From IMG/VR virus record IMGVR_UViG_3300025736_000018, positions 652 through 64,651 of that record: DNA of 64,000 nt. One strand, given 5' to 3'. Numbering within the stretch: the first letter of the stretch is position 1; each line of letters starts with the position of its first letter. Shown one piece after another: positions 9,083 through 19,630 of this stretch. Origin of the DNA: a virus. The position numbers and the translations under genes are program-made. The notes beneath the pieces are model-generated. The model saw only the letters and a program-made list of their open reading frames with translations. It was not told the DNA's origin and searched no databases.

Positions 9083-9456
9083 GGGGCTGTAATGGTTTCG
9101 ACAGAGATAGAGAAGATTGAATCGGCACATACCGTGGATAGTTTAACTCAATCACGTTAAAAAACGTTAAACAAAGCTTAAACGCAAACAATTTACAATT
9201 AGCAGCATAGTCTGCCGGTAATTAAGTATACTGTTTATTTCATTCAGTTGCTTTTGTATACCGTCATTAAAAATGAATAAGCTAGTTTGATGATCAACTA
9301 TAGCTAGTCGAAAACTTAAGTTATCTATGCTTTAATTAGTGGCAAGTCAGGCAAACGTTAAGGCGAATTAAAAATAATATAATTTGACTAAGTATGTAAG
9401 TAAGTTGACAGTTAGCTTGTTTTTGGACGTCGGTTCAATTCCGACCAGTTCCACCA
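9083..9456 (+). ncRNA. ssrA: tmRNA (SsrA), tag ANNLQLAA ending in UAG
   Basis: 5' GGGGCTGTAATGGTTTCGACAG; 3' GGACGTCGGTTCAATTCCGACCAGTTCCACCA (tRNA-Ala-like T-arm and CCA); internal frame GCA AAC AAT TTA CAA TTA GCA GCA TAG. Confidence 0.8.
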
Positions 9457-9543
9457 AATTATTAAAAAAGAGGTTTTAAGATAAAAATTAATATAACGAG
9501 AGTTAGTTTTTTAAGAACTATTGAAAATAGGGAGTAAAAAGAA

Positions 9544-9783
9544 ATGTTTCTTAAAAGAAGTTTTTATAGAATAATTACTGCAAAATCATTATCAGAACTC
9601 CAAAAGCTTGTTAATGATAAGTTAGAGAATGGCTGAGAATTAGTATTATACACTCCTTCATATTCAACTTATCATTATGATTATGATAGAAGATATGATT
9701 ATGTAAGAGAGATTGTTTTTAATTGTGATGATCAAGAAACATATCATATAATGAAAGATATACTTAATAACGAGGAGGTATAA
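9544..9783 (+). CDS. small DUF4177-like protein (paralog 3) with in-frame TGA
   Basis: LVNDKLENG-TGA-ELVLYTP aligns with LQDGWKL and KAGWKP of paralogs 1 and 2 (Trp by TGG there). Confidence 0.55.
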
Positions 9784-9845
9784 TTATGAAACTTTAAATG
9801 GAAATCAGGGTTGTATAGCAGTATTATTAATTATACAATGAACAC

Positions 9846-9920
9846 AGGCTCATAGTTCAATGGCTAGAATAAAGGTCTCCAAAGCCTTTGATGTGGGTTC
9901 GAATCCTACTGAGCCTGCCA
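9846..9920 (+). tRNA. tRNA-Trp (anticodon CCA)
   Basis: acceptor AGGCTCA/TGAGCCT, anticodon arm AAGGT-CTCCAAA-GCCTT, T-loop TTCGAAT, encoded CCA. Confidence 0.8.
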
Positions 9921-9981
9921 TTTCTTTTAATTTTTACTATTTTCTGAAAATTAACTATATTATAATTAGGAGGTATAGGTA

Positions 9982-10161
9982 ATGGATATTGTAGAAGAGA
10001 TAATGGAGCTTATAGAAAAGATTAGAGAATTAGACGGTTTAGCTTCTGGAGTATGGAAGACTGCTTTAGGAAATAATTGGCCTGTGGATTATGAGGAAAT
10101 AGCTAAATGTGAAATTGAAATTAAGACAAAAATATATGGTATAATAGAGTGTACTAATTAA
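9982..10161 (+). CDS. small hypothetical protein
   Basis: 59-aa ORF with GGAGG RBS. Confidence 0.35.
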   Translation: MDIVEEIMELIEKIRELDGLASGVWKTALGNNWPVDYEEIAKCEIEIKTKIYGIIECTN

Positions 10162-10173
10162 TTATATATATGT

Positions 10174-10248
10174 GCGCCTATACTCAACCGGTAAGAGGCT
10201 CGTCTGATACGCGAGTAGATGATAGTTCGACTCTATCTAGGCGTACCA
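10174..10248 (+). tRNA. tRNA-Ile (anticodon GAU)
   Basis: acceptor GCGCCTA/TAGGCGT, anticodon arm CTCGT-CTGATAC-GCGAG, T-arm GATAG-TTCGACT-CTATC, encoded CCA; D-stem weak. Confidence 0.7.
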
Positions 10249-10273
10249 ATAAAATTTAAAGGAATAAAAATAA

Positions 10274-10462
10274 ATGATAAAGAGTAAGAAAAAGCTAGAT
10301 ATATTTCTATATCTATTATTAAGAGATTGTGCAATTCCATGTGGTGAAGTCGAAAAATTAGTACAAATAGCAGGAGCAACTGATGATGAAGCAGAATTTT
10401 CCAATGATTATTTAGCAGGTTATGCTAAAGATATACGTAAAAGATTAGAAGAAGGAAAATAA
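10274..10462 (+). CDS. hypothetical protein
   Basis: 62-aa ORF. Confidence 0.4.
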   Translation: MIKSKKKLDIFLYLLLRDCAIPCGEVEKLVQIAGATDDEAEFSNDYLAGYAKDIRKRLEEGK

Positions 10463-10467
10463 AATAT

Positions 10468-10671
10468 ATGAATATTGTAGAAAAACATGCATATAGTGAA
10501 ATAAATAGAATAAGAGAGATTGAACGAGATATACTTGAGTTGCGAAAAAGACTTAGTATTAAAAATTGTTCGAGAGAATCTATTTGAGATTCAATTCAAA
10601 ATTTAGAAGATGAAATTTATGTTATGACAAAAGAAATGGTTGTTTCAATTCTTCAATTAAATGCTGAATAA
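10468..10671 (+). CDS. hypothetical protein (one in-frame TGA)
   Basis: 68-aa ORF continuous if TGA is Trp. Confidence 0.4.
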
Positions 10672-10792
10672 AGAAATATATATATGCGAAAAGTATTACA
10701 CTCACCAAAGATAGGAAGTATTAGTAATGAGAGCATCAGATGTGCAATCATTAAGATAAAGAGGAAAAAAAAGAGGAAAAAAGGAAGAACAA

Positions 10793-11398
10793 ATGAATAG
10801 AATTAATTTTAACAAGTCATTATTATACAATCTTGACACATCAGATTTTTGTAATAGAGAAAACGTAAATTACATTAAAGATTGACTTAGAGAAAATCGC
10901 AGTGGATTATTAATTACGAACAGACAAGTAGGAAAATCTCAAGCTTTGATTGAGCTTTTAGTTGAGGAGTCTAATTCATATTTATTGGCTTTTTCACAAG
11001 CTTCTGCAAGGAATTATTTTAATAAGATTGTAAATTTATATAATAAATATTGTTCATCTTTAATAGATTATGACCCTGAAGGGTTCAAAGAGTTTAAAAA
11101 AGATGTTAAAGAGAGAATAGTTCATATGGGTAGAAATTACCCAATTACAGCATTATCAGGACGACCAGTAATGCCAACTAAATCTTTTTGGAATAATCTT
11201 TATATTGATGAGTATTATTTTAACAAATGTAATAGTGAAAAATTTAAAGGTGCTGTATCAACAATGAAATTTCCGATGGAAATTAAAAAACTTCATGTTG
11301 ATTATAGATGTAGTGAAGAGGAATTAAAAATGACATACAGTGAAGAGCAATATAAAAAAGAGTATTCACTAGATTTTAGAGTAATAGAGGAAAACTAA
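10793..11398 (+). CDS. hypothetical protein with P-loop-like NRQVGKS (one in-frame TGA)
   Basis: ATG 10793 joins the 10946 ORF through KDW(TGA)LREN. Confidence 0.45.
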
Positions 11399-11465
11399 AA
11401 ATGAAATTTATTCAAAAGTGGAATAAGAAAAGAGAAAAATATTTAGGTAGGGTATAAAAAAGACT

Positions 11466-12224
11466 ATGAAAAACAAGAAGATTTTTATAATTAGACCAGT
11501 TAGGCGTACAAACGACGAAATCAATCGAGCAATTGAAGAGTTTAGAGAAGAGATGTATAATGAAGGAGTTGATGTTTATGATCCGCTGCTTTGTACTGAT
11601 CAAACAGTTAATGAGCTAGAAATCTGTTTACAGAATTCAAATGCAATTGAAGCGTGTGATGAGGTTTGGATGTGGTATGATAGAGGAAGTACTGGAAGTC
11701 ATTTTGATATTGGAGTAGCATTTGCAGCAAGAAAGCCGATTTATATAATTAATGATGTTAGCGATTTCGTCAATAGTGCAAGTAAAAACTTCATTAAGAT
11801 GATAGCTGATTATGATAGAATGCTAGACGGTGATCTCCTAAGTATTTATAGTTCAGGAGAATGGATAGAAGGAAAAGAAGAGCCTCACGTTTTACAAGAA
11901 GCTATAGATTTGTTTGAAGATGAAGTAAAAAGACTTCAAGCAAAACAAAATGAAGAAGAACTTCTTCGAAAAGAAGCTACTGATCAGTTAAAGTCAATGT
12001 TAGATGAAAACAATATTGTTGAAGAGGTGTATGATAGATTATTTGATGATGAGCGAATTGACATCGATATCTATATTAAACCTTTTAAAACCGCAGAGCA
12101 TATTGTAGTTGATTTTAGTGTAGCCCAGCCGGAAGAGTCTGAATCGATTATAAATCGTTGTAGAATAGAACCTCGATTGTCTTGGGATTTTGTATCTAAA
12201 ATAAAGGAGAACATAGATGAATAG
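11466..12224 (+). CDS. hypothetical protein, possibly a nucleoside 2-deoxyribosyltransferase-like fold
   Basis: 252-aa ORF; KIFIIRPVRRTNDE...VYDP pattern; weak. Confidence 0.3.
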   Translation: MKNKKIFIIRPVRRTNDEINRAIEEFREEMYNEGVDVYDPLLCTDQTVNELEICLQNSNAIEACDEVWMWYDRGSTGSHFDIGVAFAARKPIYIINDVSDFVNSASKNFIKMIADYDRMLDGDLLSIYSSGEWIEGKEEPHVLQEAIDLFEDEVKRLQAKQNEEELLRKEATDQLKSMLDENNIVEEVYDRLFDDERIDIDIYIKPFKTAEHIVVDFSVAQPEESESIINRCRIEPRLSWDFVSKIKENIDE

Positions 12225-12582
12225 TAAAGTAATAGAAGTATTGAATAAATATGCTGCTATAAAATGGCCAAAAGACTCAGAACCAACAGCTAATGAGAGA
12301 CTTGAAATACTATGGGAATGTGGAACACAATGTGCAAAACTCGATAGAGATCCTCATAGATGGTGGGATGAAATAACAGTAATAAAAGAGTTTAGAATTT
12401 CAAATGGTGAAATATATTATATTGGATATGGTTGGGCTGAAGCAAATAGAGATGAATCAATATTTGATCTAGGCTGGGAATTTGATGAAGATACTATTGA
12501 ATTTTACAAACCGTTTGAAGAAACTGTACTTAGTTACAAGATCATAGATATTAATAAGGTTGACGATACGCCAAAAGAATAA
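12217..12582 (+). CDS. hypothetical protein
   Basis: 121-aa ORF. Confidence 0.5.
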   Translation: MNSKVIEVLNKYAAIKWPKDSEPTANERLEILWECGTQCAKLDRDPHRWWDEITVIKEFRISNGEIYYIGYGWAEANRDESIFDLGWEFDEDTIEFYKPFEETVLSYKIIDINKVDDTPKE

Positions 12583-12591
12583 ATTATATAT

Positions 12592-12667
12592 GCCCGGCTA
12601 GCTCAACTGGAAGAGCATTTGAGTTACATTCAAAAGGTTATAGGTTCAATTCCTATGTCGGGTACCA
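12592..12667 (+). tRNA. tRNA-Val (anticodon UAC)
   Basis: acceptor GCCCGGC/GTCGGGT, D-arm GCTC-AACTGGAA-GAGC, anticodon arm TTTGA-GTTACAT-TCAAA, T-arm ATAGG-TTCAATT-CCTAT, encoded CCA. Confidence 0.8.
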
Positions 12668-12722
12668 GATAGATTAACAAAGTATGTAAGCAATCGAAGG
12701 CAAAAATGAAGAGTAGAGGGTC

Positions 12723-12745
12723 ATGACCAATGATGACCAATGATG
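12723..12745 (+). repeat. direct repeat ATGACCAATG x2
   Basis: seen in the intergenic region after tRNA-Val. Confidence 0.5.
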
Positions 12746-12828
12746 CTCAATTTAAGCCAGAAGACAGACAAAAGTTAGTATGGCAAATGTTTATTCTTCG
12801 CTTACATACTTTTTTTAAGTTACTATTT

Positions 12829-12886
12829 TTTATAACTTGCCTATATTATAATTATCTTATTTTTATAAAACGGAGGTTTATTAAAA
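12829..12886 (+). promoter_or_regulatory. reiterated promoter cassette (copy)
   Basis: GTTACTATTTTTTATAACTTGCCTATATTATAAT then GGAGGTTTATTAAAA-ATG. Confidence 0.55.
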
Positions 12887-13414
12887 ATGGTAAGTAATAG
12901 AATTACTAGAAAAATAATTGATGAGATTATATTAATACATAATACTAACAAGGTTGAATCAATTAATAGAGGCGGTTGCGGGATTGCAGCATTAGCAATG
13001 TTACGATATATAGAAAAGAAATATTCAGAGTACTTAAGTGAAGTTGAAATTGTTTATTTTTATAATGGCATGAGTATGATGATGTCAGAGAATCGTAGTA
13101 TTATAGAAGAGTTAAAAGAAAATAATAATAGTAAAATTCACCCGCATGTACCATCTCATATATTATTGAAATTAGATAAATTTATTTTTGATGTAGAAGC
13201 TAAAGATGAATACGAGAGTTATATTAAATTAGGAAAGTATGAAGGTACTGATATTGTCTCAGTAAGTTCTATTGGAATAGAATTTTTATTAGCTACTATA
13301 AATGATTACTCAATTGCATCTGGATGGAATTTGGACTTTAAAAGAAGAAGTGGAATTAAAAAACTACAAAAAATATATGGCATAGATTTATCTGATATTA
13401 TAATAATAGAATGA
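12887..13414 (+). CDS. hypothetical protein
   Basis: 175-aa ORF after cassette. Confidence 0.55.
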   Translation: MVSNRITRKIIDEIILIHNTNKVESINRGGCGIAALAMLRYIEKKYSEYLSEVEIVYFYNGMSMMMSENRSIIEELKENNNSKIHPHVPSHILLKLDKFIFDVEAKDEYESYIKLGKYEGTDIVSVSSIGIEFLLATINDYSIASGWNLDFKRRSGIKKLQKIYGIDLSDIIIIE

Positions 13415-13440
13415 ATTAAAAAGAAGGAAGTTTACAGATT

Positions 13441-13893
13441 ATGTATATTACAGGAAGTGGAGAGATTATAGAAGATTTTAGCAAAATACTTAATACAATT
13501 AAAGAGAAAATGGCAGCAGGTTGATATCTTGCAATTGGCTGTGATAGTCAAAAAGCTAAAAGAAGACGTCATGTATTTGTACAAGTAATAGCTCTTATAA
13601 ATGAGGGTCACGGTGGAATTTTCTTTGTTAAGAGAATGAGAGAAGATAAAAAATATTCACTCGCTGAAAAATTATATAAAGAAGCTGCAATGTCAATTGA
13701 AGTCGCAGAAGAGTTAATTGCAAATGGTATAGATATTGATAAGCTTGAAATTCATTTAGACTTATCAGAGGGTGGAAAATCTGGTAAATTCATTAAAGGC
13801 ATTGTAGGAATGTGCGGTGCTTATGGTTTTGAATCTAAAATTAAAGATGAAGCATGGGCTTCATCAGGAATAGCCGATAGGTATTCGAGGTAA
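13441..13893 (+). CDS. hypothetical protein (one in-frame TGA)
   Basis: ATG 13441 joins the 13636 ORF via AAGW(TGA)YLAIG. Confidence 0.45.
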
Positions 13894-13897
13894 AAGA

Positions 13898-14110
13898 ATG
13901 GAATGTGTATACTGTAATGGAGATTATAAGCCGTTTGATAGCGCAATATCAATAGTAAAAAATTTAAGTCTGTATTGTGGTGATGTTTATTTTCAAGCTC
14001 GTTGTTCACACTGTGGAAAGGAATCAATCTTTAGAACAAAGATTGAAAATATCTCAGAGCTTGAAGATAACATATCTAAAAATACAGGAATAAGCTTAAA
14101 GATTAAATAA
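13898..14110 (+). CDS. Zn-ribbon protein
   Basis: CVYC...CSHC. Confidence 0.45.
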   Translation: MECVYCNGDYKPFDSAISIVKNLSLYCGDVYFQARCSHCGKESIFRTKIENISELEDNISKNTGISLKIK

Positions 14111-14144
14111 AAAGAACTAATCTTTGATACAAAGAGGAAAATAA

Positions 14145-14471
14145 ATGAACATTAATAAAAGAAATTTTATAGTCGCACTAACTGAATACGTAAATGATAT
14201 TGTCGAATGTTCCATTGAATTAGACAGACATAATAATGATGAATTAGCTCATAGAACAAATGATACAACAGGTCTTCGAACACTATATGGAATGAATGTT
14301 GATAGTGCGCGAAAACGTCTAAATGATTTCTTAGAAAATTCATTACATACTGAAGATGAAGTGATCACAATAATTAAACCACAGAAGAGAGATAATAAAG
14401 TTCTATTAAATCCTAATGAGTTTAGCTCTAGAGAATATTCAAGATTAGTTGATAAAGTATTTGGATATTAA
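14145..14471 (+). CDS. hypothetical protein
   Basis: 108-aa ORF. Confidence 0.5.
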   Translation: MNINKRNFIVALTEYVNDIVECSIELDRHNNDELAHRTNDTTGLRTLYGMNVDSARKRLNDFLENSLHTEDEVITIIKPQKRDNKVLLNPNEFSSREYSRLVDKVFGY

Positions 14472-14482
14472 TTTATTTTTTT

Positions 14483-14554
14483 GTTACTATTTTTTACTTT
14501 CCTCTTATATTATATAATGTAGATTTAAAAAAATATAACTTGGAGGTTATTAAG
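14483..14554 (+). promoter_or_regulatory. reiterated promoter/leader cassette (copy)
   Basis: GTTACTATTTTTTACTTTCCTCTTATATTATAT then AACTTGGAGGTTATTAAG-ATG. Confidence 0.55.
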
Positions 14555-14902
14555 ATGAAAAGAACAATTAGAGATTTAGTTAAAGAGTTAAAAAGTTATA
14601 GCAGAATTGCAATAACAGTAGAAGATCTTGAAATACTCGGATTTGATCTAAACTTTTACGATCTTAAAGATGAAGATGCTATACCAGAATTCATAGAACT
14701 TGAAGCACACGCAACAATTGATACTAACGATCCAAACAACTTATCAAGTAAAAGAGTTGTTTTAAATTTGTATTTTGATGGCGATGATATGGGTCTTCCA
14801 ACAGTTAATAACAAATTTGGCATTTTTGAAATAAAAATAGAATTACAAGAATTAGCAAGATGCTGGTTTATGAAAAATCATAATAATGATTTAGCTGAGT
14901 AG
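14555..14902 (+). CDS. hypothetical acidic protein
   Basis: ATG after the leader. Confidence 0.55.
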   Translation: MKRTIRDLVKELKSYSRIAITVEDLEILGFDLNFYDLKDEDAIPEFIELEAHATIDTNDPNNLSSKRVVLNLYFDGDDMGLPTVNNKFGIFEIKIELQELARCWFMKNHNNDLAE

Positions 14903-15023
14903 GTATACCTCCAGACCTGCTTAGATTGCCTCCTGAGTATGAGGATGTACCTAAACTGCTCAATTTTTCTCTGGAGTAAATTAATTATTAAAAAAAATTT
15001 TCTTACCATAAAAAAGAGCCTCC

Positions 15024-15078
15024 AAGCCGCTCAACCACATGTCGTAAATTACGCATAAGTTGAGCGGTTCTTTTTTTA
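15024..15078 (+). terminator. rho-independent terminator
   Basis: AAGCCGCTCAAC ... GTTGAGCGGTT stem followed by CTTTTTTT. Confidence 0.7.
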
Positions 15079-15092
15079 ATTTAATTTTTAAA

Positions 15093-15154
15093 TTACTTTT
15101 TTTTGATTTTATCTTATATTATAATTATGAAAATAAAAAACAAAGGAGACTAAA
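15093..15154 (+). promoter_or_regulatory. reiterated promoter cassette (divergent copy)
   Basis: AAATTACTTTTTTTTTGATTTTATCTTATATTATAAT upstream of AAAGGAG-ATG. Confidence 0.4.
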
Positions 15155-16084
15155 ATGGAAGCAAAAGTAGATACGATTTATCCAGTTGCAGCTGCACAGA
15201 AAAATATGTCAGTGCATTTTACAGATGTAGAAAGAGCAGATCTACCTGCAATTTTTGGTGCAACCGAAACAAAGATAGTTTCACTAAAAGATGCACTTAA
15301 TGATCCGGGTTATAATGGATTCAATTCTGTTCGCAGAACTGGACGAATAATCGAAAAGAGTGGAGCAATGAGAGATCTCACTCCAGAAGAGGGAATTGTT
15401 ACAATTGTAAGTGATCGCTATCATTTAACTCAACATAAAGAAGTTTTTGATAATGTGTTGAAAGTGCTTGATGAACACAATGTTAATTTTTCAATTCCAA
15501 AACTATATATTGATCAAAGACCAGGACGGAATCGCGCATACGGAAATGTAGTTTTTGATGACGTAAGAGTAAATGTTGACGGATCAGATATTGCTCCTAC
15601 AATTGATATATTCAATTCTACAGATGGTAGTTTACCAGCTGGAATTCTTTTCGGAGCATATCGCTTCAAATGTTTAAACGGAATGTTAGTTGGTGTAAAG
15701 TTCAATATGCAGAAAATGATTCACACACCTTCAATTGTAACGAAATTGAATTTTGAAGAAACATATGAAAAGGTTATGGTTGAATTTAATGAATTAACTC
15801 AATCAATATATCGTATGCAGGAAGTTAAATTCAACGACACAATGCTTGAAACACTTAAGCTAATGGGATTTAACAAAGCATTCATCAAGCACTATCCGGT
15901 TATCGTAGAAAAGTATTTACTTAACAACAGTGAAGATGTTAAGCAAGATACTCTCTGGGCACTCTATTCAACAGCAACGAATTACATTAGTAATTATATA
16001 ATGTTGAAGAACTATTCTGAAGCAATTAAATCACAGAAATTGTTACATCGTTTTATGAATAGTCAGCTAAGGATGGTTGCATAA
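15155..16084 (+). CDS. hypothetical protein
   Basis: 309-aa ORF without TGA. Confidence 0.55.
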   Translation: MEAKVDTIYPVAAAQKNMSVHFTDVERADLPAIFGATETKIVSLKDALNDPGYNGFNSVRRTGRIIEKSGAMRDLTPEEGIVTIVSDRYHLTQHKEVFDNVLKVLDEHNVNFSIPKLYIDQRPGRNRAYGNVVFDDVRVNVDGSDIAPTIDIFNSTDGSLPAGILFGAYRFKCLNGMLVGVKFNMQKMIHTPSIVTKLNFEETYEKVMVEFNELTQSIYRMQEVKFNDTMLETLKLMGFNKAFIKHYPVIVEKYLLNNSEDVKQDTLWALYSTATNYISNYIMLKNYSEAIKSQKLLHRFMNSQLRMVA

Positions 16085-16528
16085 ATGAATATAGCATTTG
16101 ATATACATGGTGTATTATCAGATGTACAAAATATAATTCCGGTGGTCAATGAATTATTGGCTGCCGGACATGATATTTATGTAATATCTGGTACACCTGT
16201 AGACGAGATGAAGGAAGAATTAGAGCAGAAGTATGGATATAGTTTAAGCATATTTAAAGACTTCTTCTCAGTTATTGATCATGTACGTAGAACAAGGCCA
16301 GAGGTTGATATTACAGTCAATTCTTATGGTTGGTGGATTCCTTCTGATGAAATGTGGTGGACAATCAAAGCTGAGATTTGTGAAGAGAACAACATTGATT
16401 TATTAATAGATGATAGTATAGAGTATATGCAAGGTTATCTTGAAGATAAATTCATTTGTTATAATCTAATTGAAAATAATGATATTTTGGACTTCATTAA
16501 AATAGCAATAGAGGAGATTAATAGATAA
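16085..16528 (+). CDS. hypothetical protein, possibly HAD-like hydrolase
   Basis: N-terminus MNIAFDIHGVLSD; weak. Confidence 0.3.
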   Translation: MNIAFDIHGVLSDVQNIIPVVNELLAAGHDIYVISGTPVDEMKEELEQKYGYSLSIFKDFFSVIDHVRRTRPEVDITVNSYGWWIPSDEMWWTIKAEICEENNIDLLIDDSIEYMQGYLEDKFICYNLIENNDILDFIKIAIEEINR

Positions 16529-16753
16529 AATTATGAAAACACTTAGATGTTACTCATCTGATCGGGGTATTTTATTTTTTGGAGTTTACGATGAGAACAG
16601 GTATTTGGGTAACATAATAAGAAATATTCAGGGGACTGATAGAAGAAATAGAAGTTGAAACTATAACCAGATTTTGCAGGTAACAAGGAAGAGCTTCTTA
16701 AAAGAATAAAGAATCAATTAAAATAGCAATAGAGGAGATTAATAGATAAAATT

Positions 16754-17401
16754 ATGGAAAAAACATTAGTAATTGCAGTTGACTTACAAAATGACTTTAT
16801 GAATAAAAATGGAGCTTTATATGTTCCTGGAGCAGAAGATATTAAAGAAGAAGTAAATGACTTTATGTATCGAGCCATGCGAGCTCTTGATACGAATCAC
16901 AAAATATGGTATACAGCAGACTTACATGATTACGATGATGAAGAGATTTCAACACATCCAGATCTTACTAATACTTTTCCTCCACATTGTATTAGGAATA
17001 CTGAAGGATCGTGGCTTATTGATCATGCAACAGGAAATGAATATTCCTCAGAAGCAATACTTGAAGAATCTATGCCGCCGTTTGCTTCCGTATATTATAA
17101 AAACAAGTTTTCTGTATTTGAAGGTAATAGTGCATTTGAAGCTGATATTATAGATGATATGTACAATATCGATAAAATATTTATATTTGGAGTTGCTGGA
17201 GATATTTGTGTTAAGGGTGTGCTTGATGGAATGGTTCAATTAATTGAGTATGGCAGATCAGATTGCAGACAAATAGTTGTTCTTCTTGATTTAATTGCTA
17301 GCATAGACGATAAAAAGTTTATAAAGTATATTAAAAAACTCGTATATGATTATGAATATATTACAGTTGCGTTTTCTGAAGATGTTGTCTTCGAGATATA
17401 A
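16754..17401 (+). CDS. pncA: nicotinamidase/isochorismatase-family hydrolase (PncA-like)
   Basis: LVIAVDLQNDFMNKNGALYVPGA and catalytic-Cys region FIFGVAGDICVKGV. Confidence 0.65.
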   Translation: MEKTLVIAVDLQNDFMNKNGALYVPGAEDIKEEVNDFMYRAMRALDTNHKIWYTADLHDYDDEEISTHPDLTNTFPPHCIRNTEGSWLIDHATGNEYSSEAILEESMPPFASVYYKNKFSVFEGNSAFEADIIDDMYNIDKIFIFGVAGDICVKGVLDGMVQLIEYGRSDCRQIVVLLDLIASIDDKKFIKYIKKLVYDYEYITVAFSEDVVFEI

Positions 17402-17413
17402 AAATAAAATTTT

Positions 17414-17481
17414 TACTATTTTTTGTAATTATATTATATTATATATGTAGAAATTAATAAATGGAGGTTTATTAAAAAAAA
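17414..17481 (+). promoter_or_regulatory. reiterated promoter cassette (copy)
   Basis: TTACTATTTTTTGTAATTATATTATATTATAT then ATGGAGGTTTATT-ATG. Confidence 0.55.
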
Positions 17482-18102
17482 ATGAATGTATTTAAATTAT
17501 TTTATCGGGTGCCAGAGCATCCAAATGTTGAATACGCAGCAGGGATACATAATGAAAAAATAGACTATTCACATTATAGCAAGCTCAGGGATAGCTGGTT
17601 TGGTGAATGGTTGGACGAAAAAGGTATCGATTGCAAAACCTTAACAGAAGAGGAATGTGGAAAGCAGATACTTAATTTTTATAATGATACAATTGATCCA
17701 GCAAATCCTGATCCAAGAAGAATATTTGTTAGTGTTGAAGTAGCAGAAACCAAACCTAAAACTGGAAGGGTAATGTTTCATCAACATGAAGCTGAAATTA
17801 AATATACTCCTGGTAAAAATTGGGCAAGTAAAAAGTTTAAGTTAGAATTAAGCGACAAGAGACCTCTCTCCGGTGCAGAATATAATGCAGGTATTTACAC
17901 CTGCCCTGATTGTGGAAGTCATGTTACCGAAATAGATGCTGAAAATAACTCGCCAAATATAATTGGATTTAATTATCATTATGATGATGTAGTTGTGATT
18001 ATGCAATGTCCGTATTGCTTTTGTAAATACTTTCATCATATTGATGTTGCTTCTTATGAATCGTATAAAAGAATTAAAAAACATCATAAGGAGATTAAAT
18101 AA
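17482..18102 (+). CDS. hypothetical protein with C-terminal Zn-ribbon
   Basis: 206-aa ORF; CPDCG...CPYC. Confidence 0.5.
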   Translation: MNVFKLFYRVPEHPNVEYAAGIHNEKIDYSHYSKLRDSWFGEWLDEKGIDCKTLTEEECGKQILNFYNDTIDPANPDPRRIFVSVEVAETKPKTGRVMFHQHEAEIKYTPGKNWASKKFKLELSDKRPLSGAEYNAGIYTCPDCGSHVTEIDAENNSPNIIGFNYHYDDVVVIMQCPYCFCKYFHHIDVASYESYKRIKKHHKEIK

Positions 18103-19286
18103 TGAGTATTATTAATAGTATCCTAGATAACGACTTATATAAATTTACGATGCAACAATTCGTATTGCATAACTTTAATAATGTCGAGGTCGAATACGAC
18201 TTATCAATTCGTTCTGATGTTGACTTAAGATCGTATAAACTCGATATTGCTGTGGCAATAAGTAACCTACAATTTTTAAAGCTTACATCTGATGAAGATT
18301 GTTATCTTAGAAATTTAAGGTTCTTATCAGAAGATTATGTTGATTGGTTATATAACTTTAAATTTAATCCTGAGGAAGAAGTAAGAGTAACTGAGAAAGA
18401 TGGTCAACTTGCAATTACAATCAAAGGCTTATGGATTAATACTATATTATATGAAGTTCCTATACTTGCAATTATATCTGAAATTTATCATAAAAAAAAC
18501 GACTTAAAGGAGCAAAGTAATTGGTATCATACGACTGTTGAAGCGCGAAATCGTTTAGTTAAAAAGTATAATTATGCCGAAGATATTAGTTCAGATGGTT
18601 TTCATTTTGCAGATTTTGGTACAAGAAGACGACATAGTCGTGAAAATCAAGATAAAGTAATTTCGGAATTATATGGAATAAGTCCTGTAACGTTTGTTGG
18701 GACAAGTAATGTTCACTTTGCAATGAAGCATAGATTAACACCAATTGGTACAATGGCACATGAAGTAATAATGGCTGCACAGGCATTACTCCCACTACCT
18801 ACTCATCAGAAAGATATATTATATTTATGGGCAAAGGAATTTAAAGGCGATCTAGGAATAGCATTATCAGATACTCTTGGAAGTAAAAAATTCTTTGAAG
18901 ATTTTACAGCTGATTTAGCAAAAATGTTTGATGGAGTTAGACATGATAGTGGCGATCCTGAAGATTTTGCAAAAGAGACTATTATGCATTATAAAAAGCT
19001 AGGCATTGATCCGATGACAAAGACAATTGTATTCAGTGATTCGTTAGATTTAGTTAAAGCAAAAAGACTTTTTGATAAGTTTAAGAGTAAAATTAAAATA
19101 TCATTTGGTATAGGAACTAATCTCACTAATGATTGTGATGGAATAAAGCCATTGTCAATTGTAATTAAAATGCAAATGTGTAATGGAATGCCAGTTGTAA
19201 AAATATCAGATACACCTGAGAAGGCAATGTGTAGAAATAAAAATTATTTAGAATTTATGAAGGAGCATGTAAATGGAGAATCTTAG
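18102..19286 (+). CDS. pncB: nicotinate phosphoribosyltransferase (PncB/NAPRTase family)
   Basis: N-terminus ILDNDLYKFTMQQ and the DFGTRRR motif. Confidence 0.8.
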   Translation: MSIINSILDNDLYKFTMQQFVLHNFNNVEVEYDLSIRSDVDLRSYKLDIAVAISNLQFLKLTSDEDCYLRNLRFLSEDYVDWLYNFKFNPEEEVRVTEKDGQLAITIKGLWINTILYEVPILAIISEIYHKKNDLKEQSNWYHTTVEARNRLVKKYNYAEDISSDGFHFADFGTRRRHSRENQDKVISELYGISPVTFVGTSNVHFAMKHRLTPIGTMAHEVIMAAQALLPLPTHQKDILYLWAKEFKGDLGIALSDTLGSKKFFEDFTADLAKMFDGVRHDSGDPEDFAKETIMHYKKLGIDPMTKTIVFSDSLDLVKAKRLFDKFKSKIKISFGIGTNLTNDCDGIKPLSIVIKMQMCNGMPVVKISDTPEKAMCRNKNYLEFMKEHVNGES

Positions 19287-19630
19287 TATTACTATTAGAC
19301 AAGGCTACGGAGGTGATAGAATTATACTTTTTAATCATAGTTTATTTAAGTATAATTGTATTATGCATATCAATTCAGAGCTCAAAGCTGTTGTATGTGA
19401 AAAAGGAACCTTAAGAGCTATCGCATATAGGAATAAATAATATTTTAACACCACCCAGTACAGTAATAGTTGATGTGGTTTTTAAGTTTGAAAAGCTTCC
19501 TGAAACTCTATTTTCTGTATCTTTTTCTGGTACAAAAATAGATGTATGGAGAATAGATGACTCTCCAACACCACATTATGTTAAAAGTTATGACATAACT
19601 TAAAAATTAAAGAAAACGAGGAGTATATAG

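Noticed and set aside
14903-14990. tRNA-like structured region CCTCCAGACC...CTCTGGAG
   Set aside because: It has no cloverleaf with acceptor and T-arm. It is more likely a stem-loop upstream of the terminator at 15024.
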